Assembly: GCA_951406725.2 (NCBI GenBank) | Contig: OX597837.1 | Coordinates: 3,906,001-3,970,000, forward strand | Length of the DNA: 64,000 bases | Direction of reading: 5' to 3' | Source of the DNA: Octopus vulgaris | Taxonomy: Eukaryota | Program-made: the position numbers and the translations under genes | Shown here: positions 26,321 through 40,489 of the stretch, in pieces | Position numbering within the stretch: position 1 is the first letter of the stretch | How the letters are laid out: each line of letters opens with the position of its first letter | Notes under the pieces: generated by a model | Database searches by the model: none | The model's input: only the letters and a program-made list of their open reading frames with translations | Told to the model about the DNA's origin: nothing

Positions 26321-26539
26321 AGATGTGTGTATGTATGCCTTTATATATGTAATGTGAGATAATAGTTTCATTATTAATATTGTCACTATGTATATATGAT
26401 ATACATAGTAAAAGAATTAATAGTGAAACTATTAAAACTGAAACTGCTATCTCACATTACAATATAGATGTTGTTTTTTCACTTTTGACACGTAATACCG
26501 AAACAATGTAAGAGGTGGCTCCGGGCTCGCATTAGGCAA

Positions 26540-26682
26540 AAAGTTGAAACCTTTTTTAACCCATGACATTCCATGGATCCTAAGTAGTGTACGTATAAAA
26601 TTTGAATGAAATCAGTTGGGTAGTTCTCGAGTTTTAGTGATGCACACATACAGACAGACAGACAGATACATATTCAGTTATA
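26540..26682 (-). mobile_element. Possible Helitron/Helentron-associated non-autonomous element fragment
   Basis: aaaatttgaatgaaatcagttgggtagtt..(caga)n resembles the 5' part of the Helitron at 49790-49896. Confidence 0.35.
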
Positions 26683-27337
26683 TTGGAATGCACCTTCGAC
26701 ATTCTACTATAGCTTCGGGCGGACCAAAGAATTGTGAGCGGATGATGGATTGATGTATACTGATATCTATAAATATGAAAAAAAAATACTCAATCAAACT
26801 ACAAAATCGTCACATTTGCTAATTATATTTCTCAAAGATCTATCAGCTTTCAACGAAGATATAATTAAATATCAACAATAAATTATAGAAATAATAATAT
26901 TTATTTAGCCACATCTATATAAGATAAGATGACTTCAGATAATTACGTACATGATGGCGGGGCTGGCTATTTATTTCTACAAGTCACATGAACGTAAAAT
27001 TGGGCCGAATTCTCTTAAATCATTTCTCAATTATCGAAACGTCTTCTAATCAAAACCGAAGTACTTTCGTTGGGAAAATAACGTCAAGTCGGTTAGCAGG
27101 TCATTTAGCTCGGTAAAATATTGGTTAGAAATTTTAGAGAGAGAGAGAGAGAGAGAGAGGGAGAAGCAAAATATTTGCGATATTTTTGTGTTAGTTCCAT
27201 ATTATTTTCTTGTGTACTTTGGCAGATACAAAGAGGCAAGAATATATTTGGTGTTATATCACAGACTCCTACATTCCATCAACCTCCCCAGTCAACTATA
27301 ACAATATTGCTTTTTGCTTTCTACAACAAAATGTATC

Positions 27338-27379
<42 letters not shown>

Positions 27380-27395
27380 ATATATACATACATAC

Positions 27396-27463
<68 letters not shown>

Positions 27464-27469
27464 AAATAA

Positions 27470-27689
27470 ATGTGCCCTTTTAAAGCCGAGCCAGGCTCAT
27501 GGGTCCGGTCTCCCGGCATGTGTTCCCGTATGTGTTCCCCAGCTGGATGGGACGCTAGTCCATCGCAGCGTTGCTCATTTTTGCCAGCTGAGTGGACTGG
27601 AGCAACGTGAAATGAAGTGTTTTGTTCAAGAAACCACAATCTTACGATAATGATGCTGACACCCTAACCACTAAGCCACGCGCCTCCAC
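27470..27689 (-). mobile_element. tRNA-derived SINE family C1
   Basis: gtggaggcgcgtggcttagtggttagg (A box)..ttgctccagtccactcagctg..ctgcgatggactagcgtcccatccag. The 3' domain is shared with 47211-47488. Confidence 0.75.
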
Positions 27690-27719
27690 ACACACATCTA
27701 TACATGTATATATATATTA

Positions 27720-27930
27720 TAGAGTGGTTGTATACTGTCAACTTAACGTGACAGTAAGGGAATTACACCACCGCTGTTTAGCCCTAGGAAGCATCGACGC
27801 TTCCTGTCGGCCTCGACACATTTCCTGTGTACTTATATATGTGTCCTTAAATGTGTTGACAGTTGACAGTATACAACCACTCTATCGCCCCACCACCGTA
27901 CATATCTCTATGAGATATTTAGAAATTTGT
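27720..27930. repeat. Internally deleted copy of the fold-back element at 34441
   Basis: tagagtggttgtatactgtcaac ... gttgacagtatacaaccactcta, plus the tail cgccccaccaccgtaca. Confidence 0.8.
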
Positions 27931-27966
27931 GCATACATAATATTATAATATATATATTATATATCT

Positions 27967-28752
27967 ATGGGGGGTACCCATAAGTAACCGAAAACGTACT
28001 CTGTGTGACAAAACCGTTGTAGTTCAGCTTAACACCGCTAGAAGCCACTTGATGCAAACCCCTGGGTTTAGTCTGCCAAGCGTCATCATCGAGTGATGTC
28101 GTACTGCCACGTAGTGCATCTTTTGTTTGCGCTGCTTCTTTCCTGTTAGTCTATTTCCGTGATGGATGAAACGATGAAACTGTGCTTCCGTGAAATTCTG
28201 TTTTCAGCTGGGGCAAACGGCGGCCGAAAAAGTTGTCATGTTTCAAACAGCTTACAAGGTCGCCGTCATGGGCAAAACAGGTTTACGAGTGGTTTCCACG
28301 CTTTAGGAATGGTCACTTCTCGTCTGAAGACCGACCTCGTTCAGAACGACCGTCGACCTCCCGAAGGAATGAAAATATCAACGAATTTTTTGAGCGAGGA
28401 ATTGCGAGTGAAAAGAGTTGCAGCAAAATTTGGGCCCCGTTTTGCTCACGGAAGACCAAAGGCAGTCACGACTGAATGTGTGTCGTTAACTGAAAGAACG
28501 TTTTTTTAAGGTCATCACTAGTGACGAAAGCTTATGCTACAGAATTTGTAGATGTGGAAGAGGTGACGAAAAAAAAAAAAAACGGCGGCGTCAAGAAGGC
28601 ATCATTTCCTAAGAGTTCCAACTCTGTTCCGAATAGTGGAAAACGTGCCTGGAACAATGCATTACTTCGAATGGAGAATAAAAGTTTAAATATGTAAAAC
28701 TAAGTAAATAGAATAATATTGTAAAATTCTGGATACTTTTGATTAGCCCCAC
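27967..28752 (+). mobile_element. Internally deleted mariner element
   Basis: Imperfect TIRs ggggggtacccataagtaaccgaaa / ttctggatacttttgattagcccc. Reads KFCFQLGQTAAE..VYEWFPRFRNG..EDRPRSERPSTSR..KRVAAKF. Confidence 0.8.
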
Positions 28753-28809
28753 CATTTAGAGAAAGAAATCTGTAAAGTCGACAAAAACAATACATATGTT
28801 ACTGCAAGG

Positions 28810-29620
28810 ATCTCAACCATGGGATATGAAAGTGGACTTAGGGGAGAGATTTCAGATCCCCCAGGTTGTCCATAGAATCCTGAGGCCAGATGTGGTCCTG
28901 TGGTCTGAAAAGGTCAATAAAATGATCGTAATTGAACTAACAGTCCCGTGGGAAGATTAGTGTGATGAGCCCCAAGAACAGAAGCATGCCAGATATGAGA
29001 GCCTTCTGCAGGATTGCATTGAGTAGGGATGGTAGGTATGGCTTTTCCCAGTCGAGGTTGACCGTAGGAGATTCTCTGTTCAGTCGGCATGGCAGATGTT
29101 TATAGCAATTGGAATGAGTAGTAAGGTGATAAGGGTAGCTGTGCGCAGGATGGGAGAGGCAGCTGAAAGCCTCTTCTTGGTTTTAGAGTAAGAGAGAACA
29201 GTTAAGCTGGAAGCCAGGAAGAGATGAGGGGGTCAGTAACTTTGTGACCTCTGCTGAACCACCAAAAGGAGGGTGGTACAGTTCATGGTCGAAACACCCA
29301 ATGAACGTTGAATACCTATTTCTTTATTACCCACAAGGGGCTAAACATAGAGGGGATAAACATAGATATTAAGTCGATTATATCGACCCCAGGGCATAAC
29401 TGGTACTTAATTTATCGACCCCGAAAGGATGAAAGGCAAAGTCGACCTCGGCGGAATTTGAACTCACAACGTAACGGCAGCCGAAATACCGCTAAGCATT
29501 TCGCCCGACGTGCTAATGATTCTGTCAGCTCGCCGCCTTCTTGAATACCGTCTCACGACATCAGTTCCTGGTGGCAAAGGGTTCATTCACTTTGGTGGAT
29601 GGATGAAGCACCTCCTTATG
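28810..29620 (+). mobile_element. HERO-like (R2 group) RLE retrotransposon 3' fragment, interrupted by a SINE
   Basis: WDMKVDLG..LRPDVVLWSE..VIELTVPWED*..RYESLLQDC..GW..FPVEVDRRRF..MGEAAE, with multiple stops. Confidence 0.8.
29317..29540 (-). mobile_element. SINE family A with candidate 9-bp TSD
   Basis: Flanked by ttgaatacc at 29308-29316 and 29541-29549. Confidence 0.85.
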
Positions 29621-29721
29621 GTTGTTATATTCACACATACACGCGCATGCGCACACACACAGCATTTATACTAAGCAACGTATAAATTACTCTGGCAGCT
29701 TATATATATATGTTGAAGTAG

Positions 29722-29759
<38 letters not shown>

Positions 29760-29761
29760 CC

Positions 29762-29971
29762 TTACTCTTTTACTTGTTTTAGTCATTTGACTGCGGCCAT
29801 GCTGGAGCACCGCCTTTAATCGAGCAACTCGACCCCGGGACTTATTGTTTTGTAAGTCCAGTACTTATTCTATCGGTCTCTTATACCAAACCGCTAAGTT
29901 ACGGGGACACAAACACACCAGCATCGGTTGTCAATGCTAGGGGGACAAACACAGACACACAAACACACACA

Positions 29972-30029
<58 letters not shown>

Positions 30030-30192
30030 TACGACGGGCTTCTTTCAGTTTCCGTCTACCAAATCCACTCACAAGGCTTTGGTCGGCCCGAGGCTATAGT
30101 AGAAGACACTTGCCAAAGGTGCCACGCAGTGGGACCGAACCCGGAACCATGTGGTTGGTAAGCAGGCTACTTACCACACAGCCACTATTGCG

Positions 30193-30194
<2 letters not shown>
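29762..30194 (-). mobile_element. Full-length SINE family B
   Basis: Colinear with 25837-26267, including the internal microsatellite. Confidence 0.9.
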
Positions 30195-30228
<34 letters not shown>

Positions 30229-30264
30229 AATTGATCAAAATAAAAACATGATGCCAAGGATTCA

Positions 30265-30342
30265 GCGGTACATATGTTTCGGGCCTTTATTAGACAGATT
30301 TATAACAATGCATAATGTATGTCTGTGGCCTTCTTCAGCCGC
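30265..30342 (-). ncRNA. Type-I hammerhead ribozyme motif, intact core
   Basis: gcgg-CTGAAGA-aggcc-acaga..tctgt..aggccc-GAAAC-atat-GTA-ccgc. Stem I perfect, palindromic ACATATGT stem III. Confidence 0.75.
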
Positions 30343-32849
30343 GCACAACAGCTTCCACAAGGACATGTGTTACATCAAAAATTCTTTGTTGGGGATGCAA
30401 ATCCTCTCATTCGCGTACGACATAATGCGGCAACAGCATAGAATTGAAGCGTCCATCTCTTTCTTCTCTCAATGTAGAATGAGGAAATTTGGATGTTGAA
30501 GTAATGTAAATAAATAAATACATATATAGACGTGAAGATGGAGGGGCGAGAATTCAGGACGAGGGATAAAAAATGTATAAAAAGTGTAAGTATAGAAAAA
30601 TATAAAAATGTAGAGTATAAAGATATAAAGAGATATAAGGAGATATAAAGGGGATATAAAGAATATAAATAAATATAAATGAATGTAAAGGCATAAGGTT
30701 ATAAAGTAAAAATAGAAATAGAAATAAAAGTAAAAAGTAAAAAAAAAAAAAGTAAAAAGTAAAAAAATAAAAATAGGAATAAACATGATAAAAATGTAAA
30801 AAAATATAAAGATAAGGGATGTATAGAGGTTACGGACCAAACATGGTGGTCAGGAGATTGATAAAATTTAGTTGTAGAAGCTTTGGGTGTCAATAAATCA
30901 ACAGGGTCGTCTGGGGACCTAGTGTATTGTAAATCAGAGCTGTTGAGCGGTTAATCTAGTTCTTTGAATTAATTGGTCATCTTGTACATACATACCATCA
31001 TGGATACATACACCCATATACACGCGCACATATACGCGCGCATACACGTCTCCAAGCCTATAAGCATACACACGCACTCACGTGTAAACATGTACATAAA
31101 CACACATATACCCACACGCACGCGCGTACATATACATACATACAACAGAATATGCGCATATATACACGGACATTATACGTGTACGCACCCATATATACAT
31201 ACGTGCGTACATCCTTACATACACATACACAGATGCCCACGCTTCCAGGTTTAGATATAAGATATTAAAGGATGTATATAAGAACGTATGTAAAGAATCA
31301 CGCACTCACGTCTACACGTGCACGCACACACGGCTGTGTGTCCATATGTGCGTGCACATATACACTTACATACACACACAGAGACATACGCGCATATGGG
31401 TATAGCTATAAGATATTAAAAGATGTATACAAATAGGTGTAAACATATGAATATAAGAAAACATGTAAAAAAAAGGTAAAGAGATACGGGGTATGCACAT
31501 CCAGACGTAGATGTTTACTCGTACATATGTACACATACGTATACGTATACATACGTACACGGACGCTCGTATAATCATAAAGCGGATCCATAGGTAAGTA
31601 AATAAGGGATAAGCAAAAAAAATAGACATATATAGAGATATAAAGCGATAAGTTAGGGGTAAGAATGAGGGTAAGAATAAAAATTAGAAATAAAAGTAAG
31701 AAATACAATATAAAATAAGAAATACAATGTAAAAGTTAGAAATGAAATATAAAAATTATAAAAATTATAAGAATTAAGATAAGGGATGAAAATAAAAATG
31801 AGAATAAAGGTAAAGCGAAATAGAATAGGATAAAGCAAAATAAAAATAAAAATAAAATAAAATAAAAATATAATCTGGTAAAGTTTAACATGAGATGAAG
31901 GTGGTTGAAAGTTAGAGGTGTGTGTTAAAGATGCCCACGTAGGGGCGGGCGGGGGGAACTGAAAATTGGAAGGGTGGGAAGTGGAGTTTGGCGGTGTGCG
32001 TTCAACATCCGAGTTAGTGTAGTCCTCGTAAAGGTTGTATGCCAGACGTTAGTTGTCTCCGTTGACCTGTACATTATCAATACGCGGGAGAAGAAAAAAA
32101 GTAGGTTTAATTTGGCAGCAGATTTGTTGCAGAAGCTGCTGGGACAATTCGTAAACAGCGGTAGAATGTCTTAGAGACTTCAACACCAGGAGTTTACTTC
32201 CGAAACGTCAGCGGCACCTTCTTAATACGTGAGTATCACCACAAGGTAGCAGATTCTAAGTAAGGGTTTGTCGTCTTTTGATGAACTGCGCTACTATTTC
32301 CACGTACCCAAAGCACCGGTATTAAGGCACCAGGATCCTCGTCCGCCAATCACTTTTCCAGACAAACACTCTCTCTGCACTTAGAGGTTAAGTCGCGCTA
32401 CGAGACTGGAGGTGGAGTCGGATGTCAGAGGCTGATTGAGTCGCTTGCCATGAGAAGACGTCTTAATGGTGGTAAGAATCTAGGATCTTTGTGATATTCG
32501 TCACTGTATTTGAAAATCTAATGTATCATGTAGATGTAATTTTTGACACTGAATCCGAATTTATTTATTCAAGAAACATTTTGCGAAAATCTTACAAGTG
32601 TTTAAAGTCTGATAATTTTCAGAATTTTCAGCCAATCAGAAAACAGCGCTTTCACTGCCCCTTCCATCATCTGTCATAGTAGCGAGAAAATTCGGGGTGA
32701 AGGGATAAAGGGAGAAAAAAGAGAAAAGCAAAAGTCTAGGAAGACAAGAGGGAGAGAGAAAAAGGAAAGAGGAAGAGGAAAGATCAGAATGGAAGTGAGA
32801 GGGTGGGATAAAGAAAATAGAAAGAATGAAAGCAAGAGAGGGAGAGAGA

Positions 32850-32899
<50 letters not shown>

Positions 32900-32969
32900 A
32901 AGAGTCACACGGGTATATAAAAAGCCTGCTTGTTAATATTAATACAAATTTGGTGTGCACTGTGTTCTT

Positions 32970-33185
32970 AATTCTTTATTGCCCACAAGGGGCTAAACAT
33001 AGAGGGGACAAACAAGGACAGACAAAGGGATCAAGTCAATTACATCAACTGGAACATATTTGATTAACTCCCAATGATGAAATGCAAAGACGCCTTCGGC
33101 GGAATTTGAACTCGGAGCGTAACGACAGACGAAATACCTGTTTCTTTACTACCCACAAGGGGCTAAACACAAAGAGAACAAACAA
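32970..33185 (-). mobile_element. SINE family A fragments
   Basis: cccacaaggggctaaaca occurs twice, plus cggcggaatttgaactc. Confidence 0.75.
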
Positions 33186-33204
33186 TATATATATAATATA
33201 TATA

Positions 33205-33258
<54 letters not shown>

Positions 33259-33514
33259 CATATATATGTATATGTATATATTGAGTCGAACTAGGGACAG
33301 CTGATGAAGGGGAATATTCCTTGTATCGTTTGTACTCTGTTTTTGCGTTGTTAAAAAGAGTCCGTTTCCTAGTTTGTTTTTATGTTTTCGTTTCTCGTTG
33401 AGTTCTACGTTTATTTGTGGTGTCCTGTACTCATATATATATATATGCATGTATATATACATGTAGATGTAGGTGCGTACATATATGTATGTATGCATAT
33501 ATTTATTAAATTAT

Positions 33515-33611
<97 letters not shown>

Positions 33612-34321
33612 TCTATACATATATATATATATGTATATATAGATAGATATAGATATATATATATATTCATATATTCAAACAGTCACATATATATATATAC
33701 TTAGATATGTATACATATTCATATATTCATATGTGATATATATACTTTCATATATATATATTGCGTGTGTATGTGTGTATCCATGTATGTGCATGTGTGT
33801 GTATCGGTATGTGTGTCTGTGTAGAGAGATTGTAATCTAATGCCTATCGACAATTCTAACTTATCGAACGATAAAAGTGCGCGCAATGTGTGCCAATGTC
33901 ACATTAGTTATGCATAGAGTATTTTCCTGTAGACATGTTAAATGGACATCATGAAACAACGGCAGGTTAAATGTCTCTCTTTTCTTTCTGTAATAACATC
34001 TCAATCTAGAATGGCTTCTCTTCACAATAACACCTCTAGCAAAAAGAAAAAGAAATTTATTACTTCATTCCATGTGTAAATTACTTTTATTTAGATTGTA
34101 GTAACACTTGATTTTCACATATACTTTACAAACATACACATACACGTGTGTGTGTGTGTGAGCACGCATATTTACGCATATGTATGTGTGCCTGTGGGTA
34201 TGTGTATATATATATATATATATATATACACCTCATTCAGAGATTTATATGTGTATATATAGTGAGAATTTACGAAAAAACCAATGGATGAAGACGGATG
34301 TGTAAACAACAATCAGATTAG

Positions 34322-34765
<444 letters not shown>

Positions 34766-34809
34766 TATTTCTTATATATATATATAGATACATATATATA
34801 GATACATAC

Positions 34810-34873
<64 letters not shown>

Positions 34874-34953
34874 CTGAAACAAGTAAAAGAGTTAAATTTC
34901 AGTATATGCATATATATTTATAAAGTATATAAATCGATATATATATATATGTG

Positions 34954-35052
<99 letters not shown>

Positions 35053-35054
35053 TA

Positions 35055-35207
35055 GTGGATGTGTCGTAAGTAGATTGTCTACCAACCACATGATTTCAGG
35101 TTCTCTCCCTTGGCAGGGTTCCTTGGTCAAGTGTCTTCAGCTATAGACTCGGGCCGATCGATGCCTTGTAAATGGATTTGATAGATGGAAACTGAAAGAA
35201 GCCCATT

Positions 35208-35298
<91 letters not shown>

Positions 35299-35560
35299 GT
35301 GGGTAATGCTTAGAAGACAGAATTTGTGACTGGTCAGCTACGAGACCAGTGTATATTTTTGTGGGTCTGTGTTTGTTCACCCAACATCGCTTGACAACTG
35401 ATGCTTGTGTGTTTACGACCCCGTAACATTAGTGGTTCGGCAAAAGAGAACGGTTGAATAAGTACTAGGCTTACAAAGAATAAACTCTGCGGTCAATTTG
35501 TTCGACTAAAGGAGATGCTCCAGCATGACTGCAGTCAAATGACTGAAACAAGTAAAAGAG
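35055..35560 (+). mobile_element. SINE family B copy
   Basis: accaaccacatg..ccttggtcaagtgtcttc..ggaaactgaaagaagccc..microsatellite..gactgaaacaagtaaaagag. Confidence 0.85.
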
Positions 35561-35601
35561 TTAAATTTCAGTATATGCATATATATTTATAAAGTATATA
35601 A

Positions 35602-35671
<70 letters not shown>

Positions 35672-35774
35672 TTTAAAAGGAAAATTGATACATACATATA
35701 TGTATATATGGACATACATTTGTATGTGTGTAAATATGTTTTTGCCTTATCTCTGTATGCATGCATACATACAT

Positions 35775-35841
<67 letters not shown>

Positions 35842-35953
35842 CATATATACATACATGGATATATACATATATGTACACATAAAATACATACATATCGACA
35901 TATATATATATATGTATAGCTATATAAGTATATACTATACATGGATACATACA

Positions 35954-35994
<41 letters not shown>

Positions 35995-36684
35995 TATCTT
36001 TTTATATCACACAGAAATCAATGGCTCTGCGGCGGCACAATGTGGAAAGAAGACGACCATTTCTTGGATATCCATGTACGTTTTATAGTTACATTTTGCA
36101 ATTTTCAACAATGAAATGGTAGAATATTTGGCAACTGTGAAACACGATAACAGGAGCTTTAGCACCAAGAATAATTTCCTCTTCATTAATGCATTTCTGA
36201 AGAAGAATGCCTTTAAATCATTTTACGATTGTCTTTTATTGCGTTTTTAATTCCTTTCTGTGCAGTCTTTGGGAATAGACGTGCGATTTCTTCATTGTTT
36301 TGTCTTCTTTTTTTTCCTTCAACATAATCATGTATTGTATTTCATTGTTCTTTATTATTGTAATATATTGATATTTATATTTCTTTGTTTGGTGGTTTTT
36401 GCTTCTACGTGAATTCTTCCATTGTATTCATCGATCATATTGTGTTGCAGTCGTAAAAAAAATAAAAAAAATAAAATAAAGTCTATAGGTATTTGTCTCA
36501 TTCTCTTTATCGCTCAGACACGAACATTCACACTCTGTGTGATGTTAAAAATATGCGAGTCTGCTGTATATATATATATATATATATATAATTATATATA
36601 TAATTATATATATATATATATATAATTATATAAATATGGCCACAGCTCATAGGCTGGAACTGGAATCAATCAATCAATCAATCA

Positions 36685-36742
<58 letters not shown>

Positions 36743-36785
36743 TGAATACACTTACGCGATACGTATTATATACATAGATATATTC

Positions 36786-36853
<68 letters not shown>

Positions 36854-37000
36854 TTGTGTGTTTGTGTGTGTATTACATATATATGTGCATATATGAATAT
36901 ATATGCATTTACACTTAGACACATGCACTCACGCACATGTGTGTCAATTTATCGAGTATGTAGATCACTTGATGCAACATTTGGGTGAATGCATGTGTAC

Positions 37001-37068
<68 letters not shown>

Positions 37069-37132
37069 ATATACATTCATGCATATATATATGTGTGTGT
37101 GTATATATACCTACACATATGTTCACATTCAT

Positions 37133-37173
<41 letters not shown>

Positions 37174-37758
37174 CAAGTATATATACATACATACACGTGT
37201 ATATATATACGTACTTACGCATATATATATATACGTACATACACGTGTATATATATGCATGTAATATACCCGATCGCGCACACATGAATGTTTGTAGAGG
37301 AAAGCGCAAAAGAATATGAAGCAGTTCAAAAGAACATTGGTAACAGACAGATACACAGACAGATAGAGAAACCGACAAATAAAACAGCCCTACAGACAGC
37401 CAGATATAATATGTCGATGCAAAGGTCATGGTGGAATGCTTTAGCGGAAATGAATAAACATGGCCGACTATCTCTTTACGGCATTCATTGGTCGTAAATA
37501 GCTCGAATTGTTTGCGTGTTGCCAGAGAGAATGATATATATTGCTGCATTGCCAGATATACATATACGTTTGGAAATAAGATCCTTCAACGAGGATTTGA
37601 TGATTTACGAACGCAAAATCCTTAAAGTATTAAACACAACGCGCTGAAGAAAAGCCTTATAAGATTCATACTTACTGAAATTGTTGTTGCTATTGATGTT
37701 GTTGTCATTCTCGTAGTTGTTGTGGTGATAATTAAAGGAAACTAATGAGAACTGTATG

Positions 37759-37819
<61 letters not shown>

Positions 37820-38162
37820 TATAAAGTACTGTGTTATATAATGTAAGAATGTTTTAACCATTTTTGAAAAACAGAACAATTACACTAGGTATGGTACTGA
37901 AAGTATTTGAACTTACCATCAGCTTTAAAAATGAAGGTGGTGCTCCAGCATGGCCGCACTCAGACAACTGAAACAAGTAGAGTAATAACAGAATATATAA
38001 TCGTAGAGATAGCTTTGCAATTTAAGAAGTTAGCTTTCGCCCCCACGTTGATTCGGGTTCAAAACCACTACGTAGCACATTGGACAAATGTCTTTCACTA
38101 TTGCCCCGGGTCGCCTGGAGCATTGTGAGTGATTTGATCGACGGAAGTTGAGTGAAAGCTCA

Positions 38163-38320
38163 TAGGCGTGGGTGTGTGGTAAGAAGCTTGCTTCTCAGCC
38201 ATACGGTGTGGGGTTCAATTCTACTACGTGGCATCTTCGGCAAGTGTTTCTACTATAGCCTCGGGCCGACCAAAGCCTTGCGAGTGGATTTGGTAGACGA
38301 AAACTGAAAGAAGCCGATCG

Positions 38321-38388
<68 letters not shown>

Positions 38389-38540
38389 TCCACGTAATCC
38401 AGCGGTTCGACAAAAAAGAATGATAGAATAAGAACTAGGTTTACAAAGAATAAATCGATTTCTTCGACTAAAAACCCTTTAACGCGTAGCTCCAGCATGG
38501 CCGCAATCAGATGGCTGAAACAAGTAGAAAAATAAAAGAA
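38163..38540 (+). mobile_element. SINE family B copy (older fragments at 37920-38160)
   Basis: aggcgtgggtgtgtggtaag..ctatagcctcgggccgaccaaagcc..ctccagcatggccgca. Confidence 0.85.
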
Positions 38541-39300
38541 TATATACGCAGATGTGACAGAAGTAAATAAACACCTTTATAATCATTAAAATTTGTTTAA
38601 ATCTGAAATTCTACATTCAATTATATATTAGTTGTTATAATGTGACTATTTAGTAGAAATGCACTTTGCATGTTCCCATTAGGTATGTTACTGATCAGAT
38701 GACGAATATTCTCTTACGGAATTTCTTACTAAGTTTCATGCAGTAATCTCAAAAGGTCTGGCTTTGAAGACGCTTTCTTGTTTTTTATGAAGCGTTCTGT
38801 CCATTATATTCCAGAGGTGTTCAATAGGGTTCATACCTGGTGATTCGCTTGGCCACAGAATTTGTTTAATGCCATTCTTTTCCAACAGATCTTGGTAGTT
38901 TGGTATGTATGTATGTGTGTGTGTATGTATGTATGAATATATGTATGCATGCGTACATACTCACACATACACAGACATACACGTACACATATACAGTTGA
39001 ATCTGTAGTAAATTTTACATCGTATGAAGTGAGTTAGCAGATATTGAAACAGTGCAGTTATACGTGGTTTATAGGAATGCAACCAAAATGACACAATGTC
39101 AAAAGAACATAAGAATATAAGAATATAAGACATTAATAGAGAATAAAAGTCTTCTTAGACATTTCATTGCCAAACCGTACTGGTAGAAGAAATCTACAGA
39201 AATACACAGAGAGATTTTGACTTGTTAATGGGCATGTATGTATGTATGTATGTATGTATGTATGTATTTATGTATGTATTTCCCTGTCTATCTGTCGATA

Positions 39301-39458
<158 letters not shown>

Positions 39459-39546
39459 ACTACCTACCTATCTACCTACCTACCTACCTACCTACCTATC
39501 TATCTATCTAACTACCTGTCTATCTACCTACCTGTCTATCTAACTG

Positions 39547-39579
<33 letters not shown>

Positions 39580-39753
39580 ATATATATATATCTTTGTAAT
39601 AATATTTTTACTTCCTCTGTCAGTACAGTTAAAGCATTATAATCTAAAGAAACAAAACCTCTTCTATTGTCTTTTCTACAATTCATTTTTTGCAGGCTTT
39701 TCATTTGACTATAATATTTCGTCACATTGCTCTAAGCTCTAAGACAAATAATT

Positions 39754-39792
<39 letters not shown>

Positions 39793-40489
39793 TGTGTACG
39801 GTACATATATACAGATATGTATGTCTAAATATATATATAGATGGCGCCGAACTAACAACAAGTGTGTGTTAACGTGTCTCTCCTAAAGATTAAAGAACTC
39901 CTTCCAGAGATCGATGTTATCAGAAGCGAAATTTGTCTGCAAAGCGAATATAAGTGAGAGTACAACAAGACACTGTATTTGAGTAGAATATTTTCGCTTT
40001 TGATATAGTATTTGCAACTAGAACATACCTCGCGAATACATGTGTTAAAAAGCACGTGTGTTACTTCCTACAATCGAAGTGAATTTGTCTGTGAAACAAC
40101 AAGACACAGTATTTTTGAGAAGGATATTTCCGCTTTTGATGTCGTATATCTGCGTGTTCTGAAAGCCTCTGAAAATTTGCTGCCTAATACCAAATCGCTT
40201 AAGAAAATATAGAAAGTATCGTTAATTTTTTGCATCTACGAAATCGGAACTCTAATTCCTTTTGTTTACAAAATACCATTGAGGAATATCAAAGGTCTAT
40301 CTTATCTATTTATCTTCCTTTCTTATAAAACGGAATCACGGTAAGTATTCTCTCTCTCAGCCGGTAAGGTAAGGAAAAATATTATTTATTATCATTAGTG
40401 TTCTTTCAACCAGAAGATAATAATTAAAAAAAGATATAAAAGATATAAAAATACGCGCTATTCTATCTTTATATTTTGTCCTCCGTATT

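Noticed and set aside
30830-30990. TPKASTTKFYQSPDHH resembling the PLE FYxLPKIHK motif
   Set aside because: Too short and diverged.
37640-37692. CTGAAGA..GAAAT..GTT hammerhead-like words
   Set aside because: The stems do not form convincingly.
39910-40155. Diverged ~145-bp direct repeat
   Set aside because: Only two degenerate copies, an ordinary local duplication.
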